Source: Candidatus Cloacimonadota bacterium | Lineage (GTDB): Bacteria > Cloacimonadota > Cloacimonadia > Cloacimonadales > Cloacimonadaceae | Reading direction: 5' to 3' | Assembly (NCBI GenBank): GCA_027318475.1 | Contig: DAHVPC010000001.1 | Span: 1-56,571, forward strand | Length of the DNA: 56,571 nt | In this document: one piece after another, positions 30,101-39,077 of the stretch | Layout of the letters: each line of letters opens with the position of its first letter | How positions within the stretch are numbered: the stretch's first letter is position 1 | Notes under the pieces: model-generated | The model's input: only the letters and a program-made list of their open reading frames with translations | Database searches by the model: none | Told to the model about the DNA's origin: nothing | Translations under genes and position numbers: made by a program

Positions 30101-30451
30101 TTGGGCGATCCTTCTTTTTTCTTCGATCTGGGCGGCTGGGATTCTGGCCCAGGGCGTCAGTTTCGCCGCCGATGGATCATCGAGTCCAGCCTGCAGATCC
30201 GTGAACACCAGTTCTCCGGATGCGGAGCTATCCAGATAGACGTACCAGCCCGCGTCGTTTTGCCTAACGGTGTAGCCGTTCTTGTCGTGCAGCCAGTTGT
30301 AATATTCGTCGCCGCTGGCGAAAAGTTCTAGTTTGGTGCCATCGGGTTGGGCAAGGTTTACCGGCTGAAACCGGAGAAAGGCTCCGGAGAGCAGGCTAAT
30401 CGCCGCAACGAACAGGCAGAGGGTGGCAGTGTGTTTCAAATTCAGGCGCAT
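27197..30451 (-). CDS. Secreted M6 (immune inhibitor A) metalloprotease with Ig/FN3 domains
   Basis: ASGDEYYNW propeptide, LWPHRW, CHEMFHSLGAPDLY, GSWDLM, EYFVVEYR. FN3-like terminal domain ending FYYVRAV. Confidence 0.9.
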   Translation of the reverse strand: MRLNLKHTATLCLFVAAISLLSGAFLRFQPVNLAQPDGTKLELFASGDEYYNWLHDKNGYTVRQNDAGWYVYLDSSASGELVFTDLQAGLDDPSAAKLTPWARIPAAQIEEKRRIAQSQLQAAGSGRAPTSGTLNNLAIFIRFSDQTEFGQSISTYSSMFNGSTGNTMQSYFLEASYNALSIPTSFYPTPSTMVVSWQDSHPRAYYSPYSTSNTIGYNGDAERTDREFTLLANAINGVSAQIPTSLNLDGDNDGLVDNVCFVIKGSSDGWAELLWPHRWSIYDRYVYINSKRVYDFNFQLSDFLASSGVGVLCHEMFHSLGAPDLYHYSYDGLSTVGSWDLMENDTNPPQHMSAFMKYKYGHWIASIPTLTVDGTYTLNPLVSSTNNCYKIPSPNSTTEYFVVEYRRDTGTFESSIPGSGLLVYRINTTVGDGNADGPPDEVYLYRPNGTTTVNGTVSAANYSLETGRTAINSTTNPTPFLTNGSAGGLQISSIGSAGSTISFVLGNPIPGAPSCTIDSPANGSVFNLNSNVTVSVTASDADGTVTGVAFYINDALQYTDPSTPYSWVWNTNGYSGGSYTIKVVATDNSATQAVRTVSVYLLAPPHEGFETGDFTLYPWNNSSSIPWTVQSSEKFSGTYAAKSGPIGDSASTSLILSLNVTSAGTIAFYQKVSSESGWDFLTFYIDGVQQGQWSGAGSWALQSYPVSAGAHSFNWTYAKDTNTTGGSDCAWLDHIILPPNAVYYAPPQNLTASAGNSYVNLAWQAPVSGTPTGYQIHRNGALLATVTGLSYTDYAVVNGTTYSYYLIALFAGGQSEPTAIVQAIPSELAFVVLGSGTTSTNSNTLSPISNTYKSIHGQSVYTAAELEAAGIAGPAYITQFGFFPVAAPNLALVNFVVRMKHTSSANSASWISPTDMQTVYSNASYMPAVGGYDMLNLSSPFLWNGIDNIVIDTAFGMLANYSNSGTLQTTSLNNGYIRSGSDTANLTDVFTGGSVRNWRPNIRLGLAPLQLAVPQISQISQSPTGTSIVWSSVPNAAGYKIFRATEPNGTYAYLGFSSGTQYLDAEAVPRAFYYVRAVTNLPAK

Positions 30452-30778
30452 TCTTACTCCTGGCAGTTTATCTCATCGCTTTCCCTGCTATCTTCACCGG
30501 AAGGATGCCATCCTACCCGGCCTTTCAGCCTGGAATCGAGTCTATAAGACCAGATTCATTGCCGCCGGAATCTGTCAACCTCAAAGTTCGACCGGCCATA
30601 TATTGCATGGGCTTGCCCAATGCAGATGAATCCGGGTGGGGCGTTCAAGGGGAACGGCAGGTGCTGGATGCCCAGAACGCTCGTGGGGACTACGCTACAG
30701 CCCCCCGTAAAAAATAGTCCCAACACTCCAGGACTTTCATCCGTTTGATTAATAGAAACCAGCCCATTAGGAGAAACA

Positions 30779-30967
30779 ATGAACAAGATCAAAAGAAGCC
30801 CTTACCCGATGTCGAACGCCGAACTTTCTGACAGCGGTTCCAAGCCGATAGATAGCCAGCATTCCGGGAGCCCGAACGCCAGCCCCCATTTGACCGCCGT
30901 CAACATCCTCAGCGCCTGGAACCAGCGCCGCGGCTACCTGCTCAGGCCCGTCCTGCGTTTGCCCTGA
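30779..30967 (+). CDS. Small hypothetical protein (62 aa)
   Basis: AGGAGA SD before ATG, followed directly by a terminator. No recognised motif. Confidence 0.5.
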   Translation: MNKIKRSPYPMSNAELSDSGSKPIDSQHSGSPNASPHLTAVNILSAWNQRRGYLLRPVLRLP

Positions 30968-30996
30968 GCCGCAAGTTTTATCCGCTTTCCATGTAA

Positions 30997-31028
30997 GAGC
31001 CGGGAGTCCGCTCCCGGTTTTTTGTTTC
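30997..31028 (+). terminator. Rho-independent terminator
   Basis: GCCGGGAG-TCCG-CTCCCGGT followed by a T run. Confidence 0.8.
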
Positions 31029-31227
31029 TTAATCGGGGGCAGCGCGCATTTGAACCAGGGCAGGATATCTAGTAAAGCCATCCATAAACGCAGACCGCAT
31101 CTGGAACAAGCAAGAGGCGGACAAGCCTGTTACAGCCAGCATAACTTATTGCACGGCAATTAAATTCCTTTACAGAACCGCCCTCCCGGCAAAACTGTCC
31201 TCAAAACAACAACAAGGACCATCCCAA

Positions 31228-32847
31228 GTGACAAAATTCACCGACATCATCCTGCCCGAACCGCTGTTACGCGCAGCGGCGGATCTCAATTACGAAACAC
31301 CCACGCCGATACAAGCACAGGTCATTCCCTGGCTGCTGGAAAACGACGCCGACCTCATCGCCCTAGCTCAGACCGGTACAGGCAAAACAGCCGCTTTCGG
31401 TTTTCCCGTGCTCAGCCAGACGGACATCGAAAAACTGGTGGTCCAGGCCATCATTCTATGCCCAACCCGCGAACTTTGCCTGCAGATCGGACACGACCTG
31501 CAGTCCTTTTCCAAGTATATGCCGCGCATCCGTTCCACCGTGGTTTATGGCGGCGCGCCCATCTACAAGCAAAAGGAAGCCCTCCAGTCCGGTGTGCACA
31601 TCGTGGTCGGAACGCCAGGCCGGGTCAACGATTTCATCCGCCAGGGCGTGCTCAAACTCGATACCGTCAACCGCCTCGTCCTCGACGAAGCCGACGAAAT
31701 GCTGAACATGGGCTTCAAGGAAGATCTGTTCGAGATCATGAAGCATACGCCCGCCCAAAAACAGACCTTGCTCTTTTCCGCCACCATGCCCAAAGAAGTC
31801 GCCAAACTCGCCCAGACCTTCATGACCGATCCGCACCAGATCACGGCCGGAAACCAAAACCAGGGCGCGGATAACATCCAGCACTACTACTACAAGGTAC
31901 ATGCCCGAGACAAATACAAGGCCCTGAAACGCATCGCGGACATGAGCCCCAAAATCTACGGCATCATTTTTTGCCGCACCCGCAACGAAACCCAGGAGAT
32001 CGCCGATAAACTGCAGCACGATGGCTACAACGCCGATGCCCTGCACGGCGACCTTTCGCAGGGGCAGCGCGAACTGGTGATGAGCCGCTTCCGCTCCAAA
32101 TACGTCCAATTGCTGGTGGCGACTGATGTGGCGGCACGCGGACTCGACGTGGACGACCTCACCCACATCATCAATTACAGCGCACCCACCGAACCGGACA
32201 TCTATATCCACCGTTCCGGCAGGACAGGCCGCGCCGGAAAAAGCGGAATCTCGCTCACCATAATCCATTCCAAGGAAATCGCCGCGCTGAAAGCCATGGA
32301 AAAGCGTCTGGGACGCGAGATCATACCGGCGAAAGTGCCGGGCGGACGCGAAATCTGTGAAAAACAGCTCTTCCACTTCATCGACACTGTGGAACGCATC
32401 GAAGTGGACAACGCCCAGATCGATTCCTTCCTGCCCAATGTGTATAAAAAACTCAGCTGGCTGAGCCGGGAAGAACTGATCCAAAGATTTGTCTCCGTGG
32501 AGTTCAACCGTTTCCTCAATTACTACAAGGACGCCTCAGACCTGGATTTTGGACCTGAGCAGGCCAGCCGCGAGGAAAAGAAGTCCTTCGCCTTCAAGAC
32601 CTTCAAACTCTCCCTAGGCTACGCCCAAAACCTCACCAAACGCGAACTGATGCGCTATATCAACCAGCTCAAGGTCACGCGCAGCATTGAGATCGGGCAG
32701 ATCGATATCTTTCCGGATTTCTGCCTGGTGGAATTGGACGCCGAATACGCGGAGCAACTGCTGAAAGCCTTTGCCCGCCACAAATACAAGGGCATCCCCG
32801 TCAACGCCGCGCTCGGAGAGCCAGCCCGGCGCAACAAACGGCGCTGA
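31228..32847 (+). CDS. DEAD-box RNA helicase with DbpA-type C-terminal RNA-binding domain (DeaD-like)
   Basis: AQTGTGKT, PTREL, TPGR, DEAD, SAT, ARGLD, HRSGRTGR; IGQIDI in the C-terminal domain. Confidence 0.95.
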   Translation: MTKFTDIILPEPLLRAAADLNYETPTPIQAQVIPWLLENDADLIALAQTGTGKTAAFGFPVLSQTDIEKLVVQAIILCPTRELCLQIGHDLQSFSKYMPRIRSTVVYGGAPIYKQKEALQSGVHIVVGTPGRVNDFIRQGVLKLDTVNRLVLDEADEMLNMGFKEDLFEIMKHTPAQKQTLLFSATMPKEVAKLAQTFMTDPHQITAGNQNQGADNIQHYYYKVHARDKYKALKRIADMSPKIYGIIFCRTRNETQEIADKLQHDGYNADALHGDLSQGQRELVMSRFRSKYVQLLVATDVAARGLDVDDLTHIINYSAPTEPDIYIHRSGRTGRAGKSGISLTIIHSKEIAALKAMEKRLGREIIPAKVPGGREICEKQLFHFIDTVERIEVDNAQIDSFLPNVYKKLSWLSREELIQRFVSVEFNRFLNYYKDASDLDFGPEQASREEKKSFAFKTFKLSLGYAQNLTKRELMRYINQLKVTRSIEIGQIDIFPDFCLVELDAEYAEQLLKAFARHKYKGIPVNAALGEPARRNKRR

Positions 32848-32955
32848 GTCAGGACTAGGGGCTAAGCCCTTATGTAAGGGCATTAAGGGAGGCTCTCTTG
32901 CCAACCAAATGGGTAAGGTTTGCCAGAATTGGTTCAAGTTGATTCTGAGTAAGCA

Positions 32956-33308
32956 AGCCCCGGAGGATGCGACAGACCATAGCGGTGGGTGCGAGCGACA
33001 GAGGAGCGTAGCCCCCCGGCTCAGCATCGTAGACATAGTTGGAGCCCCGGAGGGTGCGACAGAAAATCCTTAACTCTGCGCCAGGCGTCAGTGCAAAATG
33101 CGTTTGCTCAGATTCCCTACAAGCATTGCCTGATGTTCTTGCTATACTGTGGCCGGTTCTTGTGATTATTCCTTGTTCGACTTTTCCATACTTGGATTTT
33201 CTGTCGCACCCTCCGGGGCTTAGTGACATGGGTGGGATTACGTTTCGGGTGTCTTCGCTCCTGCGTCGCTCGCACCCACCGCTATAATCTGTCGCACCCT
33301 CCGGGGCT
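32956..33308. repeat. Large REPIN-like inverted repeat built from four AGCCCCGGAGGGTGCGACAGA units
   Basis: Units start at 32956 and 33043; inverted units end at 33220 and 33308. Arms also share ATAGCGGTGGGTGCGAGCGAC and its complement. Confidence 0.85.
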
Positions 33309-33336
33309 CATCCACCTGATTTTAGATAGGCAGATA

Positions 33337-33705
33337 TCATACCTCAGCAGTTAATACAGCAGGATATTTTCCCGGCTCCATGGCGTAGCGGATCACCTGC
33401 TCGATGTCCTGCAGAGGCAGCGCGTCGGCGGTCTTGAAGTTTATGCAGCCTTTGCCCGTTTTGATGGCGGGGTGTTTGCGCTTGAATTCCGCGATCATCG
33501 GAATCGCCTCGGAATACAGCGTGACTCCGCCCTTCCAATAGCCCAGGCCCACCCATCCGGGCTTCAGCTTGTGCATGAGGATGTGGTAGGAGATCTTCTG
33601 CTCCGCCTCGGGATACAGGCGCAGGATCGTTTCGTGCAGATACAGGATCACCTTTTTGCGATCGTCTGTGGCGGCATCGATATAGTCTCTGAACTCAGCG
33701 GTCAT
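33337..33705 (-). CDS. DUF1801/YdhG-like protein
   Basis: YIDAA...LHETILRLYPEAEQKISY...TGKGCINF. Start ATG 33705. Confidence 0.8.
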   Translation of the reverse strand: MTAEFRDYIDAATDDRKKVILYLHETILRLYPEAEQKISYHILMHKLKPGWVGLGYWKGGVTLYSEAIPMIAEFKRKHPAIKTGKGCINFKTADALPLQDIEQVIRYAMEPGKYPAVLTAEV

Positions 33706-33768
33706 GGCTCGTTTCCTCGCGATTACAGCATTATTCCTTCTCTGGTTTTCCAAGTGGGTTCTCTCGAT

Positions 33769-33845
33769 CATCACGCCCTAATTGCGCGCTCATTACGGGT
33801 TAAGCGCGCAATGAGCGCGCAATGAGGGCGTAATGATAACGGGAG
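33769..33845. repeat. 11-bp-periodic palindrome, copy 2 (reverse orientation)
   Basis: ...ATTGCGCGCTCATTACGGGTTAAGCGCGCAATGAGCGCGCAATGAGGGCGTAATGATAACGGGAG. Confidence 0.85.
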
Positions 33846-33898
33846 ATAGGGCGGAATGGACCGGACCCGGCTTAGGTAGCTGAAAATCAGGCTCGGCG

Positions 33899-34249
33899 CT
33901 ATTGGGCCTTGATGTATCCCGCGATGGGCACGAATTCGCCCAGGTTGTTGTAGAACCACGCGCTGCCGTTTTTGGTCTGCAGTCTCACAAAGGATTCCGG
34001 CGCTCCAACGGCGCGTCCGGTGTTTGTGTAGATGCGTTTTACGTAAACTTCGCAGCTGTCACCTGGCTTGGACCAGGCCAGCAGCTCTACCGGCACGCCT
34101 TTGAAGTTCTGCAGGAAAACGCGAAAATCCTCCAGAGGCAGAGGTGTTTCCTGGGCTTTCTTCTCCTTGAGGCTCTGCAGCGCCGCGTAAGCCGGGATCA
34201 GCAGCGCGGCCAGCAGCAACAAGGAAATGATCACTTGAAACGCTTTCAT
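33899..34249 (-). CDS. Hypothetical exported protein (116 aa)
   Basis: Signal peptide, GGAG SD, directly downstream of tldD. Confidence 0.7.
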   Translation of the reverse strand: MKAFQVIISLLLLAALLIPAYAALQSLKEKKAQETPLPLEDFRVFLQNFKGVPVELLAWSKPGDSCEVYVKRIYTNTGRAVGAPESFVRLQTKNGSAWFYNNLGEFVPIAGYIKAQ

Positions 34250-34277
34250 GGTTTCTCCAGTTTATTCCTGGCGTTGG

Positions 34278-35717
34278 TCAGATCTTGACGCTGACATTGA
34301 TGTTCTTGAACCGTGCGGGCGCAACGCCATGGGAAAGTTGCATGATCTGGCCGGGCTCGCCTTTGCCGCAATGGAAGGTGCTGTGGTAGCCCCATTCCTC
34401 GGGTCCGCAGATGCGGTCGCAGGCGTTCCAGAAGTCCTTTGTAATGCCAAAATAGGTAGGCTCCTTCACTATTCCGGTGATTTTGCCGCCTTCGATCCGG
34501 TAGCCGATCTCGGTGGTGAACTGGAAGTTGTTGCGGTTGTCGTCGATGCTCCAGGTCTTGGTGAAATCCAGCAGGTAGCCGTGTTCGGTATCCGCTATCA
34601 GCTCGTCCAAACTGCCTTTTCCGGGCGCCAGGCAGAAATTGGTCATGCGCACCAGCGGAAAATCGTCAGCATAGGACGCCTTCATGTTGGACGAGGGTTC
34701 CAGGCCCAGCAATTCGGCTATTTGGCGCGAGGTTTGCTGGTTGACCAGGATGCCTTCTTTGATGATGTCCACTCGTTTGCCGGGTACGCCTTCGTCGTCC
34801 ACAGGATGGAAACCGAGGCCCTGGGGATCGGTGCTGTCGCTGTAGATGTTCACGATGGGTGAGCCGTATTGAAAAGTGCCGAGCATTTCCGGTTTGATGA
34901 AGGTTTTGCCGGCGTAAGAGATCTCCATGCCAAAGATGCGGTCGGCTTCAGTGGCATGGCCCACGGATTCATGGAGTTGCAGGGCCAGATGGCCGTTGGC
35001 GATGATGATATCGGCCCTTTCCTCTTCAATCACCGGAGCGCTGAGCAGATCGGTGGCTTCCTTGATGATGCGGCCGGTGTTTTCAGGGAATTTCTGCCGG
35101 TGCAATAGTTCAAATCCGCCACGTCCCGCGCTCATGTGTCCAGGCCAGGTGCGTGACATTATTTGCGAACCTTCGGCAGCCACGACTTCCATCACCGGAA
35201 GTGTGTTGTAATACGAGGTGTGGGAAAAGGTTCCTTCGCTGTTGGCGTAATACTTTTCCTGCTTCATGAACTGCGCGGAGACCATGGAATGGACGATCTT
35301 TCCGGCAGGTTTGAGGGCGGTGGCGAGTTCGGCCAGATAGGCGGTCTTTTCCTCTTTGGGCATGGCGAAGGGATCTATCTCGGGTTTGTGGTGGTGGGAG
35401 GCCTGGATGGGGTTCAGAGCGGGAAAGGAGACCTTGCCCTTCGTGAAGTTGCTGCCCTGTCGGGCGTTTTCCACCGCGGTCTTAATCAGGCGGTCCAACG
35501 AGGCTTCCGTAAAGTCTTGCGAGCCGGCAAAGCCCCAACAGCCATTGATCAGGACCCGGATGCCGATCGCGGTGGAATCCATGCTGCTGCCGTAGCCGCG
35601 CATGAAGCCGTTTTGGAAATAGATGCCTTCGGTATCGGTGCGGGACACGCGGACATCGGCGAAAGCGATTCCGGGCAAGGCCAATTTACTCAGGGTTTGT
35701 TTGATAAGTTGTTCCAT
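34278..35717 (-). CDS. tldD: TldD metalloprotease subunit
   Basis: GIRVL..G.WGFA, LHESVGHATEADR (HExxxH), RMTN, CGKGEPGQ. Confidence 0.9.
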   Translation of the reverse strand: MEQLIKQTLSKLALPGIAFADVRVSRTDTEGIYFQNGFMRGYGSSMDSTAIGIRVLINGCWGFAGSQDFTEASLDRLIKTAVENARQGSNFTKGKVSFPALNPIQASHHHKPEIDPFAMPKEEKTAYLAELATALKPAGKIVHSMVSAQFMKQEKYYANSEGTFSHTSYYNTLPVMEVVAAEGSQIMSRTWPGHMSAGRGGFELLHRQKFPENTGRIIKEATDLLSAPVIEEERADIIIANGHLALQLHESVGHATEADRIFGMEISYAGKTFIKPEMLGTFQYGSPIVNIYSDSTDPQGLGFHPVDDEGVPGKRVDIIKEGILVNQQTSRQIAELLGLEPSSNMKASYADDFPLVRMTNFCLAPGKGSLDELIADTEHGYLLDFTKTWSIDDNRNNFQFTTEIGYRIEGGKITGIVKEPTYFGITKDFWNACDRICGPEEWGYHSTFHCGKGEPGQIMQLSHGVAPARFKNINVSVKI

Positions 35718-35726
35718 GGCGAACTC

Positions 35727-37052
35727 CTAAATGGTATGGGTGGAAGAAGATACGTTGAATTCCCGGACGTAAGCGTGGGGCGCTTTCACCGTTTCCACGT
35801 CGAAGTTTTCATAGTTTCCGGAGAAGGGGATGGTGTAGCAGCGGTTTTCCAGCGCTGCGACGTTATTCAGGATGCGCTCGATGCGTTCGGTGAAGCGGAG
35901 GTTGTTCACCACCTTGGTGATGGCGCCGTCCTCGATGAGGAAAGTGCCGTCGCGGGTGAGCCCCGTAAGCGATGTCTCGCGCGGATTGATGAAGTTCATG
36001 TAGTGCAGGCTGGAGATGTAGAGGCCTTTTTTGACGCCGCCGATCAGTTCGTCCAGGCTCTTTTCGCCGGGCGCGATCTTCATACAGGACGCGGTGTTGC
36101 CGTTCTTGGGCTGTCCGGTTTTGTGGGCGAAGTAGTTGTTGGTGAAGAAAGCGCGGAACACGCCTTGTTCGATGAGGGGCAGCAGGCGGTAGATATGGCC
36201 GTCCGAACCGTAGTCCTGGTGGATCATTTCGGGGTCGGAAGGGTCGTCGGTGATGGAAATGCTTTCGGGGAAGACCTTCTCACCGACCTTGCCTTCAAAG
36301 AAGCTGCTGTGCTGGTCCAAAGCCCGCGCGCTCATTCCATAAGCGAGGTATTGGACAAATTCCGCCAGGCAGCGCGGCGCCAGGATCACGTCGTAGTGTC
36401 CGGGTTCGACGTCGATGACCGGGTTGGCGCAGTACTTGATCTTTTGCACCAGGCGCTCGGTGAAATCCTGGTCGTCAAAGTACTCGAAATCCTCTCCGCC
36501 AAAGGTTTCCAGCACGGTGATCTGGGAGGCGTTGTGCACGGCTTTGATCTCCAGATAGATGGGCGAAGTGGCGCTGCTTTTATCCAGTCCGTTGCTGTTC
36601 ACCAGGCGGTACTTCTGATAGTTGCAGACGAAAGTGCCGAAGATGTCAAAATTATACATGGAAGCAGCGGCGGAGACGTTAGCCAGGATGCGGGTCTTGA
36701 GGCTGAGGGGGATGGCTTCGATGTTGTTCTTGACTGTGCGTGGCTTGGCCAGCGTTGTGTCGCTCTCCAGGTTCACGAAGTCCGGGTCTTCCGGCAGTTT
36801 GTCGATGATGTCCAGAGCGCCTTGCAGCGCTGCGTCTATCTTCTCCCGGTCCGCATTGTCCACCAGGAAATTGAACGACTTCTTGCCCTTGTAGATGTTC
36901 ACGGAGAGCTGCGTGTTGTCCTTGCTGATGTTGTAATTGGTCTGGCTGTGGTAGAAGCGCAGGAAGTCCGTGGACCAGAACCGCTTGACGATTTCGTATT
37001 GCAGTTCGGGATGGGCATCGAGGACGCTTTTCAAGTACGAGAGATTATCCAT
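35727..37052 (-). CDS. TldE/PmbA-like partner subunit
   Basis: EPGHYDVILAP, TGLTRDGTFLIEDG, NLRF. No HExxxH. Adjacent to tldD. Confidence 0.85.
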   Translation of the reverse strand: MDNLSYLKSVLDAHPELQYEIVKRFWSTDFLRFYHSQTNYNISKDNTQLSVNIYKGKKSFNFLVDNADREKIDAALQGALDIIDKLPEDPDFVNLESDTTLAKPRTVKNNIEAIPLSLKTRILANVSAAASMYNFDIFGTFVCNYQKYRLVNSNGLDKSSATSPIYLEIKAVHNASQITVLETFGGEDFEYFDDQDFTERLVQKIKYCANPVIDVEPGHYDVILAPRCLAEFVQYLAYGMSARALDQHSSFFEGKVGEKVFPESISITDDPSDPEMIHQDYGSDGHIYRLLPLIEQGVFRAFFTNNYFAHKTGQPKNGNTASCMKIAPGEKSLDELIGGVKKGLYISSLHYMNFINPRETSLTGLTRDGTFLIEDGAITKVVNNLRFTERIERILNNVAALENRCYTIPFSGNYENFDVETVKAPHAYVREFNVSSSTHTI

Positions 37053-37073
37053 AAATCCTCCAGGGATGTTACT

Positions 37074-38342
37074 TTAGATCCAGGTGGTGCTGTTGTGGCG
37101 GCGTTTGGGGTTGGTGCTGCGCTTCAGGAAGGAGCCCGCGGCAGTTGCCGCCTTGCCACCCGAGAAGGCCTTTCTGCCGCGCAGATAGACGGAATCGATG
37201 CTGCCCATGATCTGGCGTGAAGAGCCGTCCGGGTTTTTGCACTGCGTCGGCTTGTGGGGGTCGTAGATTACGAAGTCGGCGTCTGAACCGGCTTCCAGGC
37301 AGCCCTTGGCAGGATAGATGCCGAGGCGTTTGGCAGCGTTCTCGCTGGTCATCTTGATCACAGTGGCCAGAGGGAATTTGCGTTTGGCCCACAATTCCTC
37401 CAGCGCCCAAAGATAGGACCAGGGCAGCAGTTGTTCCGGTGCGCCCCGGAATGCCTCGGAGCAGTCCGCAGGCTGGGCTCCAGATTCCACGTTGTTGGAA
37501 AGCATGTAGATCTTGTTGGTGCGCAGCAGGTCGAAGAAGATCTCCTCATAGTCCACCAGGTCGGTCGGCATTCCCAGGTCCAGTTTGGAAAAGAGCTTCA
37601 TGAGGTCAGCCAGGCACATGGAAAAGGAAATATCCGAGCGTTTCGAGATGGAATTGATGAATTCGATGGTGGGATAGGAAGCGATGCGCGGAATATGAAT
37701 AGGATTTTCCTGCATGCGGCGCAATAGTTTCTTGATGGCAGCGCTCTGAGCCTCGAAGCTGAATCCGGTGCCCTGCTCCTGGTCGTAACCCTGGAAAGCG
37801 AAGGCGGTGTCGCTCTCGTAGATCTCCATGAACAGGTCCATGATCTCGGAGAAACTCAGCGCCACCAAAGCTGGGTTCGGGGAGGGATTCATCAAGGCCA
37901 GGCCTGCGGCTCCCAGATTCCACAGTTCCAGGGCGGCTTCAGCGTGATAGGGATAATCGGCCATGTTGACGTTGCCCCACAAGCCCATGTCCACATAGGA
38001 GTTGGCATCGATCAGGCCGGCCATGTGCTTGAAATCCGCGCTGGTAAAGATGGGTTGGGGATTGAAGTAGCTGAGTTCCACTAAAGTGGTCCAGCCGCCG
38101 CTCAACGCCGCTTTGCTTACCCGGGCCAGGATTTTGCCGGGATCCTTCTCCGCGATGATGTGGCTGTGCGCGTCAACTCCGCCAGGCAACAAGATTTTAC
38201 CGCCGAGGTCGATCACTTCCGATACGTCCTCTGTGTTGGGAATATCAGCGGAGATCCGCTGAATGGTCTCGTCAAACAGGACGTTGACCTTTTTCAGGGC
38301 CGTGGAGGAAGTGGGCAGCGCAGCATTGGCTAACAGTTTCAT
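37074..38342 (-). CDS. Dihydroorotase/allantoinase-like amidohydrolase fold with degenerate metal ligands
   Basis: LPGGVDAHSH, AALSGGWTT, SENAAKRLGIYPAKGCLEAGSDADFVIYDP. The usual later ligands (carbamylated Lys, HAE, HxxH, SDH) are not recognisable. Confidence 0.8.
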   Translation of the reverse strand: MKLLANAALPTSSTALKKVNVLFDETIQRISADIPNTEDVSEVIDLGGKILLPGGVDAHSHIIAEKDPGKILARVSKAALSGGWTTLVELSYFNPQPIFTSADFKHMAGLIDANSYVDMGLWGNVNMADYPYHAEAALELWNLGAAGLALMNPSPNPALVALSFSEIMDLFMEIYESDTAFAFQGYDQEQGTGFSFEAQSAAIKKLLRRMQENPIHIPRIASYPTIEFINSISKRSDISFSMCLADLMKLFSKLDLGMPTDLVDYEEIFFDLLRTNKIYMLSNNVESGAQPADCSEAFRGAPEQLLPWSYLWALEELWAKRKFPLATVIKMTSENAAKRLGIYPAKGCLEAGSDADFVIYDPHKPTQCKNPDGSSRQIMGSIDSVYLRGRKAFSGGKAATAAGSFLKRSTNPKRRHNSTTWI

Positions 38343-38621
38343 CGGATCCGGTCCGGGTGCTGATGCTGCATCAGGCAGGCAGGGCCTTGCGGGCGCTCAT
38401 TGCTTACAGTGGAGGATTGGCTTCTCTTAGGTAACTTTTGCATCACATCTCATTATTTAGTTTTTCCCAAACTGCTAGTACATATTTCCCACTCTCAAAA
38501 TCTGTCAAGCTATTAGTCCCGGAACTGGAGTAAAAAGGATGGTGAAGGCAGGTTCCGGGAAGCTTAGTGAGGACGTGAAACTGAGGCCAATAGGGGAACG
38601 GAGTCTTTTTAGCCCCCAAAA

Positions 38622-38648
38622 CAAAAAAGTCCGCGAGGGACTTTTTTG
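38622..38648. terminator. Bidirectional-type intrinsic terminator
   Basis: CAAAAAAGTCC-GCGAG-GGACTTTTTTG. Confidence 0.75.
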
Positions 38649-38676
38649 CAATCCTGGTTGGGGTTTTTACAGTATA

Positions 38677-39033
38677 TTACTTGAGGATAAGGGTTTTCTT
38701 GGTGGAAGTGTAACGCCCCTGATGGTTGACCACGACAAGGTATTTGCCGCTGGGAACACAGATCCCGTCGTCGCCGATCCGGTTCCAGGTCAGGGAAATC
38801 TGATTTTCGGCAGGACCCCAATAGAGGGTTTTTACTATCTGGCCGGTTTCGGTTTCGACGTTGACGCCGATGCTGGCAGGATTGTTGAATGAAAGCGTGA
38901 TCACAGTGTATTTATCCATCGGATTGGGGTTGATCGTAATTTGATCCAGCACCTCGGCGCTTCTGGCAGATAAACTAATTGCAGCCAGCAACAGCAGGCT
39001 GAGCAGAGCAGTTGTATACAGTGCCTTTTTCAT
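38677..39033 (-). CDS. Stand-alone FlgD-Ig/T9SS-CTD-like domain protein with signal peptide
   Basis: MKKALY... signal peptide followed directly by INPNPM...GQIVKTL...LTWNRIGDDG..VPSGKY...TKKTLILK. Confidence 0.8.
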   Translation of the reverse strand: MKKALYTTALLSLLLLAAISLSARSAEVLDQITINPNPMDKYTVITLSFNNPASIGVNVETETGQIVKTLYWGPAENQISLTWNRIGDDGICVPSGKYLVVVNHQGRYTSTKKTLILK

Positions 39034-39077
39034 GATGGACACTCCTGTTTATTGATGCCTATTTGAAAAAGCAAGTT

